DNA from: Ascoidea asiatica JCM 7603
Lineage: Eukaryota > Fungi > Ascomycota
Length of the DNA: 64,000 bases
Assembly (NCBI GenBank): GCA_001600695.1
Contig: BCKQ01000007.1
Location: 391,183 to 455,182, forward strand
Reading direction: 5' to 3'
The translations under genes were made by a program, and so were the position numbers. The notes under the pieces are model-generated. The model did not search any database. It was not told the DNA's origin and saw only the letters and a list, made by a program, of their open reading frames with translations. Below are positions 11,001 through 22,278 of the stretch, one piece after another; position 1 is the stretch's first letter; each line of letters opens with the position of its first letter.

Positions 11001-12387
11001 GGCTATTGTTCAATTAATGAGAAAATTAGCTAATTCTGGTCAATCAATTCTTTGTACTATTCATCAACCTTCTGCAACTTTATTTGAACAATTTGATCGT
11101 TTATTATTATTAAGAAAAGGTGGTCAAACTGTTTATTTTGGTGATATTGGTAAGAATTCAAGTACTTTAATCAATTATTTTGTTGCTAATGGTGGTAGAG
11201 AATGTTTAAAGAGTGAAAATCCAGCTGAATATATTCTTGAAGTTATTGGTGCAGGTGCAACAGCTGATGCAACTGAAAATTGGAATGAAAAATGGCTTAA
11301 CTCTAATGAATGTAAAAATACTGATATTGAAATTGAAAAAATTAATCAAGAACAATTAGCTAAACCTGTTACTGAATCGAACGCTGAATTACACAAAACT
11401 TTTGCTGCACCATATTCAACTCAATTGAAATATGTTATTCGTCGTACTGCTACACAATTTTGGCGTGATCCAACTTATATTAGTTCTAAATTTGTTTTAT
11501 TAATATTTGGTGGTTTATTTATTGGATGGACTTTCTTTAATCTTAAAAACAGTCTTTCTGGTATGCAAAATGCTGTTTTTGCTGTTTTTATGTCTATTGC
11601 TATTTCTTCTCCATTAATTAATCAAATTCAAGAAAGAGCAATTGCTTCTAGAGATTTATTCGAAGTTAGAGAAAGTGCAAGTAACACTTTCCACTGGTCA
11701 ACATTAATTATAGCTCAATACTTAATTGAAATACCATATAGTCTTGTTGGTGGTGCTGTTTTTTACTTATGTTATTATTTCACTTTAAGAGCTGACACTT
11801 CTGCTCAATATGCTGGATTCTTTTATTTAATTTATGGTGTCGTTTTCCAAATTTATTATGTTTCATATGGTTTATGGATTGTTTATGTTAGTCCTGATTT
11901 ACCATCTGCTTCAATTATTACTAATTTATTATTCTCTTTTATGTTAAGTTTCTGTGGTGTTTTACAAATGCCAAGTTTAATGCCTGGATTCTGGACTTTT
12001 ATGTATAAAGTTTCTCCATATACTTATTACGTTCAAGCTCTTGTTTCTACTGTTGTTCATAATGTTAAAGTTGAATGTAGAGAATCTGAATTAACTTATT
12101 TTAATCCTCCAAGTGGACAAACATGTGGTGATTATACTGAAACATTCATTAGTACTGCTGGTGGTTATATTTCAAACCCAGAAGCAACCACAAATTGTGG
12201 TTATTGCTCTTATAAGACTGGTGATGATTTTGTATCTAATTTCAATATTAAATATAGTACAAGATGGAGAAATTTTGGTCTTTTCTGGGTTTATATTTGC
12301 TTTAACATATTTGCAATGTTATCTTGTTATTGGGCTTTTAGAGTTAAAAAGTTTAAATTCAATTTATTCAAAAAGAAAAGTGATTAA
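8029..12387 (+). CDS. SNQ2: PDR-family ABC multidrug transporter, Snq2-like
   Basis: GRPGSGCST; VSGGQRKRVSIAE; CWDNATRGLD; GESGAGKTT; LNVEQRKKLSIGVEL; (NBD-TMD)2 topology. Confidence 0.85.
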   Translation: MEKDRNQSSDAESVENFYGENFQNNDHHQINDTNDLVRTITSNQNNNHEGDQILERLSSIARTLSNKLNQNDIKQVWDNTPLAKQLNELFSPDQGIRHTGVTFKNISTQGLNSDSGFAPTVLDLIKPNFNKILNFKSNNKKNSKDIIQNINGIVKAGEMLLVLGRPGSGCSTFLKTISGNLSQYLGTNGEIKYDGLSQNSMLKNFKSEIIYNPELDSHFPHLTVNQTLNFAIACKIPNKRVNNISKNDYIKTYNSILSTVFGLDHVLNTKVGNDYVRGVSGGQRKRVSIAEALGCRASIYCWDNATRGLDASTALEYAQAIRVSTNLLKKCALVTIYQAGENIYQTFDKVTILYEGHQVYFGNVENAVDYFINMGFEKPSRQSSAEFLTAVTDPKGRSPRPGFENKVPKNVIEFENYWLNSIEFKNLINEIDDYNNNIVSEDQTKKLFHDSISSEKSKGQRTNSQYTINIIEQFKLCTIRGFQRVIGDKAYTITQVVANVVQSLIIGSLFFNLGNSTSTAYSRGGVMFFSVLHFTFMGIAEVSNSFQNRPILLKHKGYTLYHPAAESIAAVLTDMPTKLLTIIAFSLVLYFLVNLNRHPGNFFFFILFLFINCSVTAGMFSSISAFSKTISTANSIAGICMLAIVIYTGYVIQRANMHWCFKWLSYINPVTYGFEALIANEFHGKQMKCDSIVPSGSAYDSISNIYKTCASTGAKVNQIIVSGDDYIKESYGYSYSHAWRNLGIAIGFWIFFILLAAFGIEILDEGKGGGEKLLFIKTKDSNIDIEKGSESDITNEKNDDTPIDGLQAKDIFSWKNVHYVIPTKDGKKIKLLDNVQGYVKPGTLTALMGESGAGKTTLLNVLSQRISFGVITGDMLVNGRHLDSSFQRSTGYVQQQDLHISELTVRESLQFAARLRRPASVPDEEKLDYVETVIDLLSMSSYANAVVGVSGVGLNVEQRKKLSIGVELVAKPSLLLFLDEPTSGLDSQSSWAIVQLMRKLANSGQSILCTIHQPSATLFEQFDRLLLLRKGGQTVYFGDIGKNSSTLINYFVANGGRECLKSENPAEYILEVIGAGATADATENWNEKWLNSNECKNTDIEIEKINQEQLAKPVTESNAELHKTFAAPYSTQLKYVIRRTATQFWRDPTYISSKFVLLIFGGLFIGWTFFNLKNSLSGMQNAVFAVFMSIAISSPLINQIQERAIASRDLFEVRESASNTFHWSTLIIAQYLIEIPYSLVGGAVFYLCYYFTLRADTSAQYAGFFYLIYGVVFQIYYVSYGLWIVYVSPDLPSASIITNLLFSFMLSFCGVLQMPSLMPGFWTFMYKVSPYTYYVQALVSTVVHNVKVECRESELTYFNPPSGQTCGDYTETFISTAGGYISNPEATTNCGYCSYKTGDDFVSNFNIKYSTRWRNFGLFWVYICFNIFAMLSCYWAFRVKKFKFNLFKKKSD

Positions 12388-12878
12388 CTGAAAGTTCTGT
12401 TTTAAAATTTTGTTAAATTATTTTTCTCTTTTTATATTCCATCCCATTCCCATTTGCATTAGAAATTATTATTTCAATTACTTTTTATTTTTTTTTTTTT
12501 TTATTCTCAACCTATTTTTTGGATCAACTACATCGATCAAGCTATTCCCCTCTTTATATTTTTAGTCAACTACATTATCCCATCCTAAAATTTTTTATTC
12601 AGTTTTATTATTAGACTTAAATTTTTTTATATATTTACTTCATTTCAATATTCTTTTCCCAAACATCATTTAATATATCCTAAATTTTATCTCTTTTTTT
12701 TTCAAATAATTAATCAATAAACATTCTATTAAAGGTTCTAAATTTCGAAGAGAAAACTCACTTGTTGTTAACGATATAGTACTGTAAAATAATTTAAATC
12801 AAAAAGTTTTATAGAAAAAAGTTAAAGAGATAAGAAAAAAAAAAAGTAATCAATGAATTGCTTTCATAATTTGAAAAA

Positions 12879-14636
12879 TCATTCATCAATGTTATAACCA
12901 TATTTTTTGAGAAATTTTATCCTTAATTTTTCACCGAAAAAAACATTAAGATAAAGACAGATGAAACCAAACCATAAAACAAAAGCACTTATAGTACAAG
13001 ACCAACCAATTCCAATATTTTTGATTGAAGTTAAAGTAGTTGCAGAACCAATACCACCAGCAATAAACCTAACACAATAATTACCTCCAACAGCATCACC
13101 ACCTAATTGAGGCATTGAATCAACACAATAAGCATTAATTGAAGGAAAAATACAAGTTTGAGAAAATCCATTTAAGAACATCATTATGATTGGCAAAGCC
13201 ATTCCACCTTTTTTAAAATGTAAAGACCAGCCATATATTAACATTGTAGCTGGATTTATAATCCCAAAGGGTATAAGAGTTGATCTTAATCTATCTTCAG
13301 GAATATTTTCACCTTTTCTTTTGATATAGGATTTTAACATAAAATCTGCATATTTTCCACCAATAAAAGAACCAATAAAGTAGCCAAACCCTGGAGCTAA
13401 ATAAAATAAAGCACCAAATATTGGAGAAGTTAAATTAAATCTTGGATCAACAACATATCTGATTGGAGTTAATAAATTATACATATTATAAGTTAATGAA
13501 GAAGATGCAATTCCTGCCAAAATCAAATTTGGATATTTTAAAGATAAACAAATTCTAAAAGGATTAAACCAAATCCAAATAAATTTTTTATCTGAGTTTG
13601 TATCTTTAATTAGTTTTTGCATTTTGGTTTGTTTTGAAGTTTCTTCTAAGAAAAAAAAACTCAATAAAAATACAAAAGCTCCTAAACCTGCTAATAAATA
13701 AAAAATAACTCTCCAAGAAGTATAATTCACAATTATACCACCGATAACAGGACCAAGAGCAGGTCCAACTTGGGAACCTGATAAGGTCCAACCCATACCA
13801 TTACCTCTTTGAGTTGGATCATAAACGTCAGCAATTATTTGAGCACCAACTGAGAAAAAAGCAGTACCAAAAATTGCAGTTGAAGCTCTGAATACATAAA
13901 ACATTGCTAAATTTTGAGAAACTGCAACTAATATTGAAGAAACTGAATAAAAAAAAATACAAATATTAAATACAGGTCTTCTACCATATAAATCACTTAT
14001 TGGAGACCAAATGCATGGAGAAACAGCCATCATAAAACAATAAACACCATTTGAAAGATTCATTATTGTTCCAGAAGTATTGAATCTTTCTGCAATTATT
14101 GAAATTGCAGGTAAAAAAGCTAGAGAAGACATTGGTGATAAAAATGCAGAAATTGCAGCAATGAATACAAATAAACTTTTTTTTTTATCTGAAAATCTAT
14201 TCCAATTTTCTTCATTTGATAAAGTGTGATCTGTAATAACTGAATCGAGATTTTGATTATTTGATATTGGTAAAGATTGAATTTTTGATATTGCATTATC
14301 AGTTAATTGATTATTAATTATTGGTATTTCTGGAGATGTTAGGATCGAAGTTACTCTTTCTAGATTATTTGACTTGTTTGATTTGTTTGATTTATAAGAT
14401 CTATTTGACTTATGAGATCTATTTGTATAAGTTTGTTTAATTTGATAAGAATTTTCGTTAATGTTATCATTATGTAAAGAAATTGGAAATTCTTTATTAC
14501 TTTTATTAATTTTTTCATTATTATCATATTTTTCACTATCCTCTTTATCACTAATATTATTATTGTCAACTGAATTATTTGAACTTATATCAGAATCATT
14601 TTGGTAGTTATTTTGATTTTTAATAATTTTTGACAT
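12879..14636 (-). CDS. MFS DHA1 drug:H+ antiporter (Qdr/Dtr1-related)
   Basis: About 12 TM helices; SPISDLYGRRP motif A; GPALGPVIGG motif C; PEDRL. The track start at 14654 is TTG; the first ATG is at 14636. Confidence 0.85.
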   Translation of the reverse strand: MSKIIKNQNNYQNDSDISSNNSVDNNNISDKEDSEKYDNNEKINKSNKEFPISLHNDNINENSYQIKQTYTNRSHKSNRSYKSNKSNKSNNLERVTSILTSPEIPIINNQLTDNAISKIQSLPISNNQNLDSVITDHTLSNEENWNRFSDKKKSLFVFIAAISAFLSPMSSLAFLPAISIIAERFNTSGTIMNLSNGVYCFMMAVSPCIWSPISDLYGRRPVFNICIFFYSVSSILVAVSQNLAMFYVFRASTAIFGTAFFSVGAQIIADVYDPTQRGNGMGWTLSGSQVGPALGPVIGGIIVNYTSWRVIFYLLAGLGAFVFLLSFFFLEETSKQTKMQKLIKDTNSDKKFIWIWFNPFRICLSLKYPNLILAGIASSSLTYNMYNLLTPIRYVVDPRFNLTSPIFGALFYLAPGFGYFIGSFIGGKYADFMLKSYIKRKGENIPEDRLRSTLIPFGIINPATMLIYGWSLHFKKGGMALPIIMMFLNGFSQTCIFPSINAYCVDSMPQLGGDAVGGNYCVRFIAGGIGSATTLTSIKNIGIGWSCTISAFVLWFGFICLYLNVFFGEKLRIKFLKKYGYNIDE

Positions 14637-17459
14637 TTTTGAAATGTAAATCAAAATATTTTGATTTTTATATTTAAAGTATTAAATATTTAAATGATTA
14701 TAGTAACTATTTTCTTCAATTATAAATAAGATTTGATTTGTTATATTTTACTTTGAGTATATTTACAATATATATCTGTATATATAAGTTAGTGAAAATA
14801 CATAAATAATGAATAATAAAAATTTTTTTTTCTTCTATTTTTTTTTCTGATAAATGTTTATTGAAAGACTAGGACAAAAATAGCCAGTAGATTTATGAAA
14901 ATTAGTCGAGTCACCGATAAAGTGAAAATTGAAGTAAATAAAGACTATTATTAAAATTTCGGAAGATAAGAAAACTTGAAGAAATAATAAAAATTTTTAA
15001 TCTTCATTTTAATTATGGATATAATAAGGATTTGATACGGATTTAATGCTCATTTCTTAGCTATATATATCTTTTGAATTACTCATGATTTATATTCATT
15101 TAATTTTTTTCAATTCATCTTTATTTTATTTCTATTATTGAATATTTTTCTTATATAATTTCTCATCAATTGTTTTTGAATGAGATGAATTGTTGTGAAT
15201 TTTCAAGTAATAAAATCTAAATGGACCAAGATTTCTATGCCAATAAAAGTATATTTTGGATATTTTCGGGAAAATGCCAAGGATTGTTAAGTACCCGCGA
15301 CCGTTGAAACGATTTCCCAGAAAAAGGTCGAGTCCCAATTTATCTTAGTAAAATCGAGATTTGATTGAATCTTAATCAAATCTTAAATGAATCTTAATTG
15401 AACCTAAATTGAATTTGGCCTGTCTCGGAGAAGCATTCCCGCACCCGAAACAGGAGAAAAAGAAAATACAAAAGTGAAAAATAAGAAAAAAAGTCACGGG
15501 TCAAAATATAATATAATGTGACAGTTTGATTACGTCATATATGACTAATTTTTTAAAAAATTTAATTGCATGTGCTATCACTCTCCAATGAATGGCAACC
15601 AAATCACATGTTGTGTTGGTCGGATTTCACGCGCTTTTATGGGCGCCGCAAAAAATAAGATGCGCGGCGTGCTGGTTTGCGGCGTGTTTGCAGAAATCTT
15701 GGGCGTGTTTTTAAGCTCCGTGCTAACTTGATTTAACATTACGAATACTCTAGTGCTTTTCGTAAAGAAGGTGGTTAGTGTGGCGGGTGAGTTTTTGCTA
15801 CCCGGAGTTCATGAACTCTTCTTTCAGCAGCCAAACAAGCCAGAAGCCTATTATTTTCCTTCTAGCTGGGAAGTGTATAAACACACCTTTATGATTGGAA
15901 CAAATTGGAATAGTTAATTGTTTGAGATCATTACCAATTGCTAAAATTTACTTAGTAATCAGTGAATCTATTCTAATTTTAAAAATAGGCAAAACACGAA
16001 AAATATGATTCATTATGATTGAAAATAGGTGTTGAAAAGGTCTATTTTTGAATATTTTTTCAATTTAATCTTCACTCAGGGAAAACATAACCCAGCTTTA
16101 AAGGAATTGCTTTATGTTATTGATAACCTAACAGTTTTCAAGTTTAATAACATATCATATCATATCATACCATACCATACCATCCTAGAGCATACCTTAC
16201 AATTATGTACTTGGCTCACCATAATTAGTCTGGCCAGCCGACAATTATGAGGATAACCTTCTTGCCAATGGAAAATATTTATTAAATTCAATCGAGTCTG
16301 CCTTAATAAAACGATTTAGATTAGTAAGTGTCGGCACTCTACCAGAGATTGGAAACCCTCACTGTGCTATACCTTCTTAAACGCGACATTCTCACCTGGG
16401 CTGGAGTGTCTTTATCGCCACACAGCACACAGCACACCACAACAGCGCTGCAAGTAAAACACTGCAACACATTTTGTCTGGCTACGCGCGCTATAATAAA
16501 TATCACCAGCCACATACTTACCATTATGTGATGTTTATAATTATAAAACGCACACTATACCTATGCCACACACATAATACCTTTTAAATGCGCGCATTAC
16601 CCATTAAATGATCGAGCGTTTGAAGTTGAAGCTGAACAACAGGCAAAACGTTAACGTTTGAGGTCCTACATATTCTTAAGATAATATTAATACGTAACGA
16701 ATATTGAATATTGAATATTAAATATTGAATATATCAAATATATTGTTAAGTAATTATTATCAAATATATCTTTAAATATATTATCAAGCTTCAAATATTA
16801 AGAACTGTTTAGTGTCAACTATTATCAAATATATCATCATCTTCAAATAGTGTTGTATTTTCATCATCCAATTACTTAAATCAATTCAATCAAACATATT
16901 TGATCTCCTTCATTATTCCTAATCAACTTGTTAATAAACTTATTAATGTTCACCGTATTTTACAGCTAATCTAACAAGAATAACATTAAAAATAACAATA
17001 AGAATAACAATAAGAATAATAATTTTAATAATTATATATGTTTAATATCTGTAGCTAAGCTCTTTACCATTTATATAACTAATCAGCCAATTAGTTAATT
17101 ATTCAGTTCAAGTAATTTACTACGAATATATCAAATATCTTCCAATCTCTCAATTTTCCATCTTTACGTCAAAAATTATTATTCATAAATAAGTTAATAT
17201 TCAAACCCTTTTATTTTCTTCAATTTCTCTTCATATTTCTTATATCTTATTTAACTGTCATAGTTTTATTATTCATATTTCAAATCACATATTACATATT
17301 ACACAATTCATACTCACTATTTCTTATCACATTCATTTATTTATTTTTATATTCATCTATCATTTAGCTAATTCTTTCATTACCAATATATCCTATCCTA
17401 TATTTGCTATCATATCATCTAAATAAATAATTCAATTATATTATCAATAATCTAATATA

Positions 17460-20400
17460 ATGTCTTTATCTGCCACCGCTTCAAATTTTGATACTTCTTT
17501 TTCAAACCCAGGGCCAGCTCCAAAACCTCCAACAAATCAAAATCAACAATCTCAATCTCAAAATATAAATCAAAATCAAATTAAAAATAATCCATACAAT
17601 ATCAATCCTTCAAGACCTGCTCCAAGACCTCCACTATTAAGAAATTTAAACTCTCAAGCTTCAATTCAATCTTTACCTCAATCTCAAAATCAATCAAAAT
17701 TAAAACAAAAACAAAAGCCAAGTTTAAAATCTCGTTTATCCTCTTTAAATACTAGTTTGACGAATAATAATAGTAATAATATTAACAATAGTAGTAATAA
17801 TGCTAGTAATGGTAATAATAAAAGTCCCAGCAATATTGATCTGCCTTTTATAAATTCAAAAACTTTATCGATCTCAAACATGAATTTAGGTCCATTATCA
17901 CCTTCATCTCAAACTTTTCTAATAACTCCATTATCTTCTTCAATTATAAATCAAGGTTATATTTATTTAAAAGAGGATGGTATATTATTCTCAAAATGGT
18001 CAAAAAAATTCTTAATCTTAACTAAAAATGACTTAATTTTTTATAAATTAGGTAAATCAAATTCAAATAATTCAAACAATAATTCAATAACTTTAAAAAT
18101 TCAAAATATTTCAAATCCAAATATTAATAATATTAATGATGGTAAAGCTGATGGTATAGATTATTTTAATAATGATTCTTTAATTACTTTAAAATTAAAA
18201 GTTTCTTTAATCAAAAAATTAATTAAAAATAATTTAAAACCATTTTGTTTTGAATTAATTACTTCTCAATCTTTAAATAATAATAACAGTTCCAATAATA
18301 ATAATAATAGTAATTCAAATACTAATTTCGAAAAATCCTTTTATATATCTTGTAAATCAGATAAAGAATTAAATTCATGGATTGAAAAAATAAATAATTC
18401 AACAAGACATTCAAATTCTTCAAATAGTACAAGAGGCTCAAGTAATTCTTTATCTCAAAATTCTTCTTTTACAACTATTTCCTCGAATAATTCTTCTAGT
18501 GTTTCACGACCAACTAATTTTGCTCATAAAGTTCATGTAGGTTTCGATCCAAATTCAGGTAATTTGATAGGTTTACCTGATACTTGGAAAAAATTATTAA
18601 AAACTTCAAAAATAACAAATGAAGATATGGCAAAAGATCCAACCGCTGTTATTGAAGCTTTAGAATTTTATTCTGAAATAAATACAGATAAATCTTCTAA
18701 TTCTCAAAATGATATTGCTTTAAAACCATTCAATTTAAAAAACAAAACTTCCACTTTAAATTTACAAGAAAATTCAAGTTCAAGTACAATTAACAATAAC
18801 AATAATAGTAATAATAATAATAATAATATAAACGCAAATAATCAAGTTCCAAACTCTTTAAATTCTGGTAAAATACTTAATGCTAAATTGAATGAATGGA
18901 GTAAGCCTCCAACCTCTCAAAATCAAATTCAAAATCCAAAATTAGATAATTTTACACCTTCAAGAAGAGCTCCTGCTCCTCCAAAACTAAATAATGGACC
19001 TCTGAAAATACCACAACTGCAAAATCCTAATTCAAATACACCTCCATACTTAAGATCCAAAAAATCTCAAAATAATTTAATGAATATTAAACCAAATACT
19101 TCATCTAATAATATTGATATAAATAATTTTACAGAAGATGGGTTAATTCCAATGAGAAATGCGCCAGCACCCCCACAGCAACTGCCTATTAAAAATTATA
19201 AACAACAACCTAATGATAATGCCATACCACCAAGGGCTGATTTAAAACAACAACAAAATTTGGGAGTATCAAATCATTTCCCAAAACAACCTTCAGGTTC
19301 AAGTATATCGCAACAAAAACCACAGTATAAACAGCAACAACAGAACCAATACTCTCAAAATCAATATAATAATAATAGTATGAACCCATACAATAAACAA
19401 AAACAAGATGAATATAATTCACCCTCGAATTTAGCTCCAACTAATCCATTAAAAATAAATTTCAAGGATAAGCAACAAACTCAAAATGTACAAGATACTT
19501 CAAATAAAATGGATCAATTACATTTACATAATAATAATGCTAATAAAATTGAAGATCCTCAACCTCCAAAAGTTCAAGCACCTAAATTAAAACCATTACA
19601 CACAGTAAATAAAAGTCAAGATCGTTTAAATAACAATGAGGGTATGAATGTAAATAAACAGAATGGACAAGTTCCAGTGCAGAATCAGCTACAACCAAAA
19701 CAATTTCAACAACAACAACAACAACAACAGCAGCAACAACAACAAATGAAAGGTCATCAACATCAGAATGCAACTAATCCTCCAGTTGTTCCAACCAAGG
19801 ATAAACATCCTCTTAATAAAGTTCGAAAGCAAGATACTAAAAGAATGTCACAAATGGATAAAGAGGAAATTATGACTAAATTAAGATCAGTTGTTATTAA
19901 TACAGATCCAAAACCATATTTCCGTATGATTGAAAGAGTTGGACAAGGTGCATCAGGTAGTGTTTATCTTGCAACATCTTTGAAAAGAAAAGGTGCAAAA
20001 GTTGCAGTAAAACAAATGAATTTAATGGAACAACCAAGATTAGAATTGATTGTTAATGAAATTTTAGTTATGAAAGATTCTCAGCATAAAAATATTGTCA
20101 ATTTTCTTGAAGCATATCTTAGAGGTAAATCTGAATTATGGATTGTTATGGAATATATGGAAGGTGGATCATTAACAGATGTTATTGAAAAAAATGAATT
20201 ATTAAATGAGCAACAAATTGCAGCTATATGTCTAGAAACAACAAAAGGTTTACAACATTTACATCAAAGACATATTATTCATCGTGATATTAAATCAGAT
20301 AATGTTTTATTAGATGCACGAGGTAATGTTAAAATTACTGATTTTGGATATTGTGCAAAATTAACTCAACAAAGAAATAAAAGAGCAACAATGGTTGGTA

Positions 20401-20825
20401 CTCCATATTGGATGGCACCAGAAGTTGTTAAACAAAAGGAATATGATGAAAAAATTGATGTATGGTCATTAGGTATTATGACTATAGAAATGATTGAAGG
20501 TGAACCACCATATTTAAATGAAGAACCAATTAGAGCATTATTTTTAATTGCTACAACAGGTACACCAAAATTAAAAAATCCAAAAGCATTAAGTGATGGA
20601 ATTAAAAAATTTTTATCAATTTGTTTATGTGTTGATGTATCATTTAGAGCAAGTTGTGAAGAATTATTAAAACATGATTTTTTAAAATCAGCATGTCCAG
20701 TATCAGGACTTGCTCCATTATTAGAATTTAAAAGAGAAGAAAAAATTCAAAAACAACAGAGGATGATGGAAAAAGAAAATCAAAATCAACAATATCATAA
20801 TCAACAACCAAATCAAAATTATTGA
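17460..20825 (+). CDS. CLA4: PAK kinase Cla4 (PH + CRIB + kinase)
   Basis: PH domain (GYIYLKEDG..WSKKFL); CRIB VSRPTNFAHKVHVGFDP; kinase GQGASG, HRDIKSDN, DFG, KRATMVGTPYWMAPE. Confidence 0.93.
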   Translation: MSLSATASNFDTSFSNPGPAPKPPTNQNQQSQSQNINQNQIKNNPYNINPSRPAPRPPLLRNLNSQASIQSLPQSQNQSKLKQKQKPSLKSRLSSLNTSLTNNNSNNINNSSNNASNGNNKSPSNIDLPFINSKTLSISNMNLGPLSPSSQTFLITPLSSSIINQGYIYLKEDGILFSKWSKKFLILTKNDLIFYKLGKSNSNNSNNNSITLKIQNISNPNINNINDGKADGIDYFNNDSLITLKLKVSLIKKLIKNNLKPFCFELITSQSLNNNNSSNNNNNSNSNTNFEKSFYISCKSDKELNSWIEKINNSTRHSNSSNSTRGSSNSLSQNSSFTTISSNNSSSVSRPTNFAHKVHVGFDPNSGNLIGLPDTWKKLLKTSKITNEDMAKDPTAVIEALEFYSEINTDKSSNSQNDIALKPFNLKNKTSTLNLQENSSSSTINNNNNSNNNNNNINANNQVPNSLNSGKILNAKLNEWSKPPTSQNQIQNPKLDNFTPSRRAPAPPKLNNGPLKIPQLQNPNSNTPPYLRSKKSQNNLMNIKPNTSSNNIDINNFTEDGLIPMRNAPAPPQQLPIKNYKQQPNDNAIPPRADLKQQQNLGVSNHFPKQPSGSSISQQKPQYKQQQQNQYSQNQYNNNSMNPYNKQKQDEYNSPSNLAPTNPLKINFKDKQQTQNVQDTSNKMDQLHLHNNNANKIEDPQPPKVQAPKLKPLHTVNKSQDRLNNNEGMNVNKQNGQVPVQNQLQPKQFQQQQQQQQQQQQQMKGHQHQNATNPPVVPTKDKHPLNKVRKQDTKRMSQMDKEEIMTKLRSVVINTDPKPYFRMIERVGQGASGSVYLATSLKRKGAKVAVKQMNLMEQPRLELIVNEILVMKDSQHKNIVNFLEAYLRGKSELWIVMEYMEGGSLTDVIEKNELLNEQQIAAICLETTKGLQHLHQRHIIHRDIKSDNVLLDARGNVKITDFGYCAKLTQQRNKRATMVGTPYWMAPEVVKQKEYDEKIDVWSLGIMTIEMIEGEPPYLNEEPIRALFLIATTGTPKLKNPKALSDGIKKFLSICLCVDVSFRASCEELLKHDFLKSACPVSGLAPLLEFKREEKIQKQQRMMEKENQNQQYHNQQPNQNY

Positions 20826-21344
20826 GTAGACAAATAACTAACTTCATTAATGATCGGAAAGAAAAAAAAGTTTGTAAAAAGAAATCACAAGGAACAGATC
20901 CAAAAAGTAGTGATAATATTATTATTTAACATGTTTACTTTTAATTTTTTTATCTTAAATTTTTTCAATTTTTTCAATTTTTCAAATCCTTTATTATTTT
21001 TCTTTAGGTTTGTTTCAGATTTTTATTTTTTATTTTTTATTTATTTACTTTTTTTTTTCTTTTGTTAGTTTTATTTATTTCCCTATTGTTAAATTTGTTT
21101 TTTTTTGTTAATAATTATTTATTTCATAATTACACTAATATTATATATACATATGTATATTGAGTGTTTTTTTTTTTCTACTTTCAATTTATTTTTTTTA
21201 ATCAATTTCAATTTCATTCATTTATTATAATAATAATAATAATAATAATTAGAAACACTTCTCGGATTTTAGTATATGCACATAAAAACAAAAAAAATAA
21301 GAAAAAAAAAGAAAAAAGAAAAAAGAAAAGAAAAAAGAAAAAAG

Positions 21345-21377
<33 letters not shown>

Positions 21378-21732
21378 ATTTATTTTGTTTTGTTTGTTTA
21401 TTGGTAACTTATTATTGGTAATTTGCTTATCTAAAATATGATTTAATGATTTATATATATATACAGTATATGAGATATGGAAATTTAATCAAATAGACTT
21501 TTTTAAATCCTGTTAAATTTTTATCAAATAATTTTTTGTTTCTTAAACATTTCTTTTTAAATTAATAATTCTTTATAATTTCTCTTTCTCTCTTTCAAAT
21601 TTATTAATTTTTATTGAATTTTTTTTTCTCTTCTTTTAATTTTTTGATATAATTTATATATAGTTATTGTGTTTTTATCATATTATACTGCTATTAGTGA
21701 ATAATAAATTTTACTTTAATTTAAATTTAGTA

Positions 21733-21751
21733 ACTGAGACCACTTTTGTGG
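21733..21751 (-). repeat. Dispersed 19-bp element, copy A
   Basis: ACTGAGACCACTTTTGTGG is the exact reverse complement of 44166-44184. Confidence 0.85.
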
Positions 21752-21830
21752 ATGAATGAAAACACAGTTTTGGTTACTTTTTCAATTAAAAAGTAAAAAG
21801 CACAAAGAAAAAAGGAAAAAAAAAAAAAGT

Positions 21831-21901
21831 TGCGTAAGCCCGGAATTGAACCGGGGGCCCAACGATGGCAACGTTGAATTTTACCACTAAACCACTTACG
21901 C
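21831..21901 (-). tRNA. tRNA-Gly(GCC)
   Basis: Reverse complement GCGTAAGTGGTTTAGTGGTAAAATTCAACGTTGCCATCGTTGGGCCCCCGGTTCAATTCCGGGCTTACGCA; forms a cloverleaf; T-run downstream. Confidence 0.96.
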
Positions 21902-22206
21902 TTACATGACTCAAGGATGAGAACAAATTTTCACAACTTAAGGGAAGGTTTTTTGAAATAGATTTTTTTTTTTTTTATTTTGGAATTTTTTAGTGATAAA
22001 AGTAATTATTGTCTCATTAATGGATATAAAAGTCAATAAATTAATTGAATAAATAATAGAATTTCTGTTTCTTCGTAGCAAATTGGTTAAAAATAAAGAA
22101 AATGCGAGAAATATGTGATAAAAAATTGAAAAAAAAAGAACTAAAATATTCAAAAAATGATATCTAAACGAATACCAAAAAGCAAAGCGAGTAGCACAAA
22201 AAAGGA

Positions 22207-22278
22207 CTCCGCGACGGGGAATTGAACCCCGGTCTGCCACGCGACAAGCGGCAATTCTAGCCACTAAACTATCACGGA
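22207..22278 (-). tRNA. tRNA-Asp(GTC)
   Basis: Reverse complement TCCGTGATAGTTTAGTGGCTAGAATTGCCGCTTGTCGCGTGGCAGACCGGGGTTCAATTCCCCGTCGCGGAG; T6 terminator follows. Confidence 0.96.

Noticed and set aside
15200-16700. Possible ncRNA or small gene in the long MFS-CLA4 intergenic region
   Set aside because: No recognisable RNA motifs or credible ORF; it contains CGCG and GGCGTG words consistent with two divergent promoters.
21938-22264. 108-aa ORF (also the 113-aa ORF at 50212-50553)
   Set aside because: These overlap tRNA genes and AT-rich flanks; spurious.
21831-22278. Dicistronic tRNA-Asp/tRNA-Gly transcript
   Set aside because: The genes are about 305 bp apart and tRNA-Asp has its own T6 Pol III terminator.
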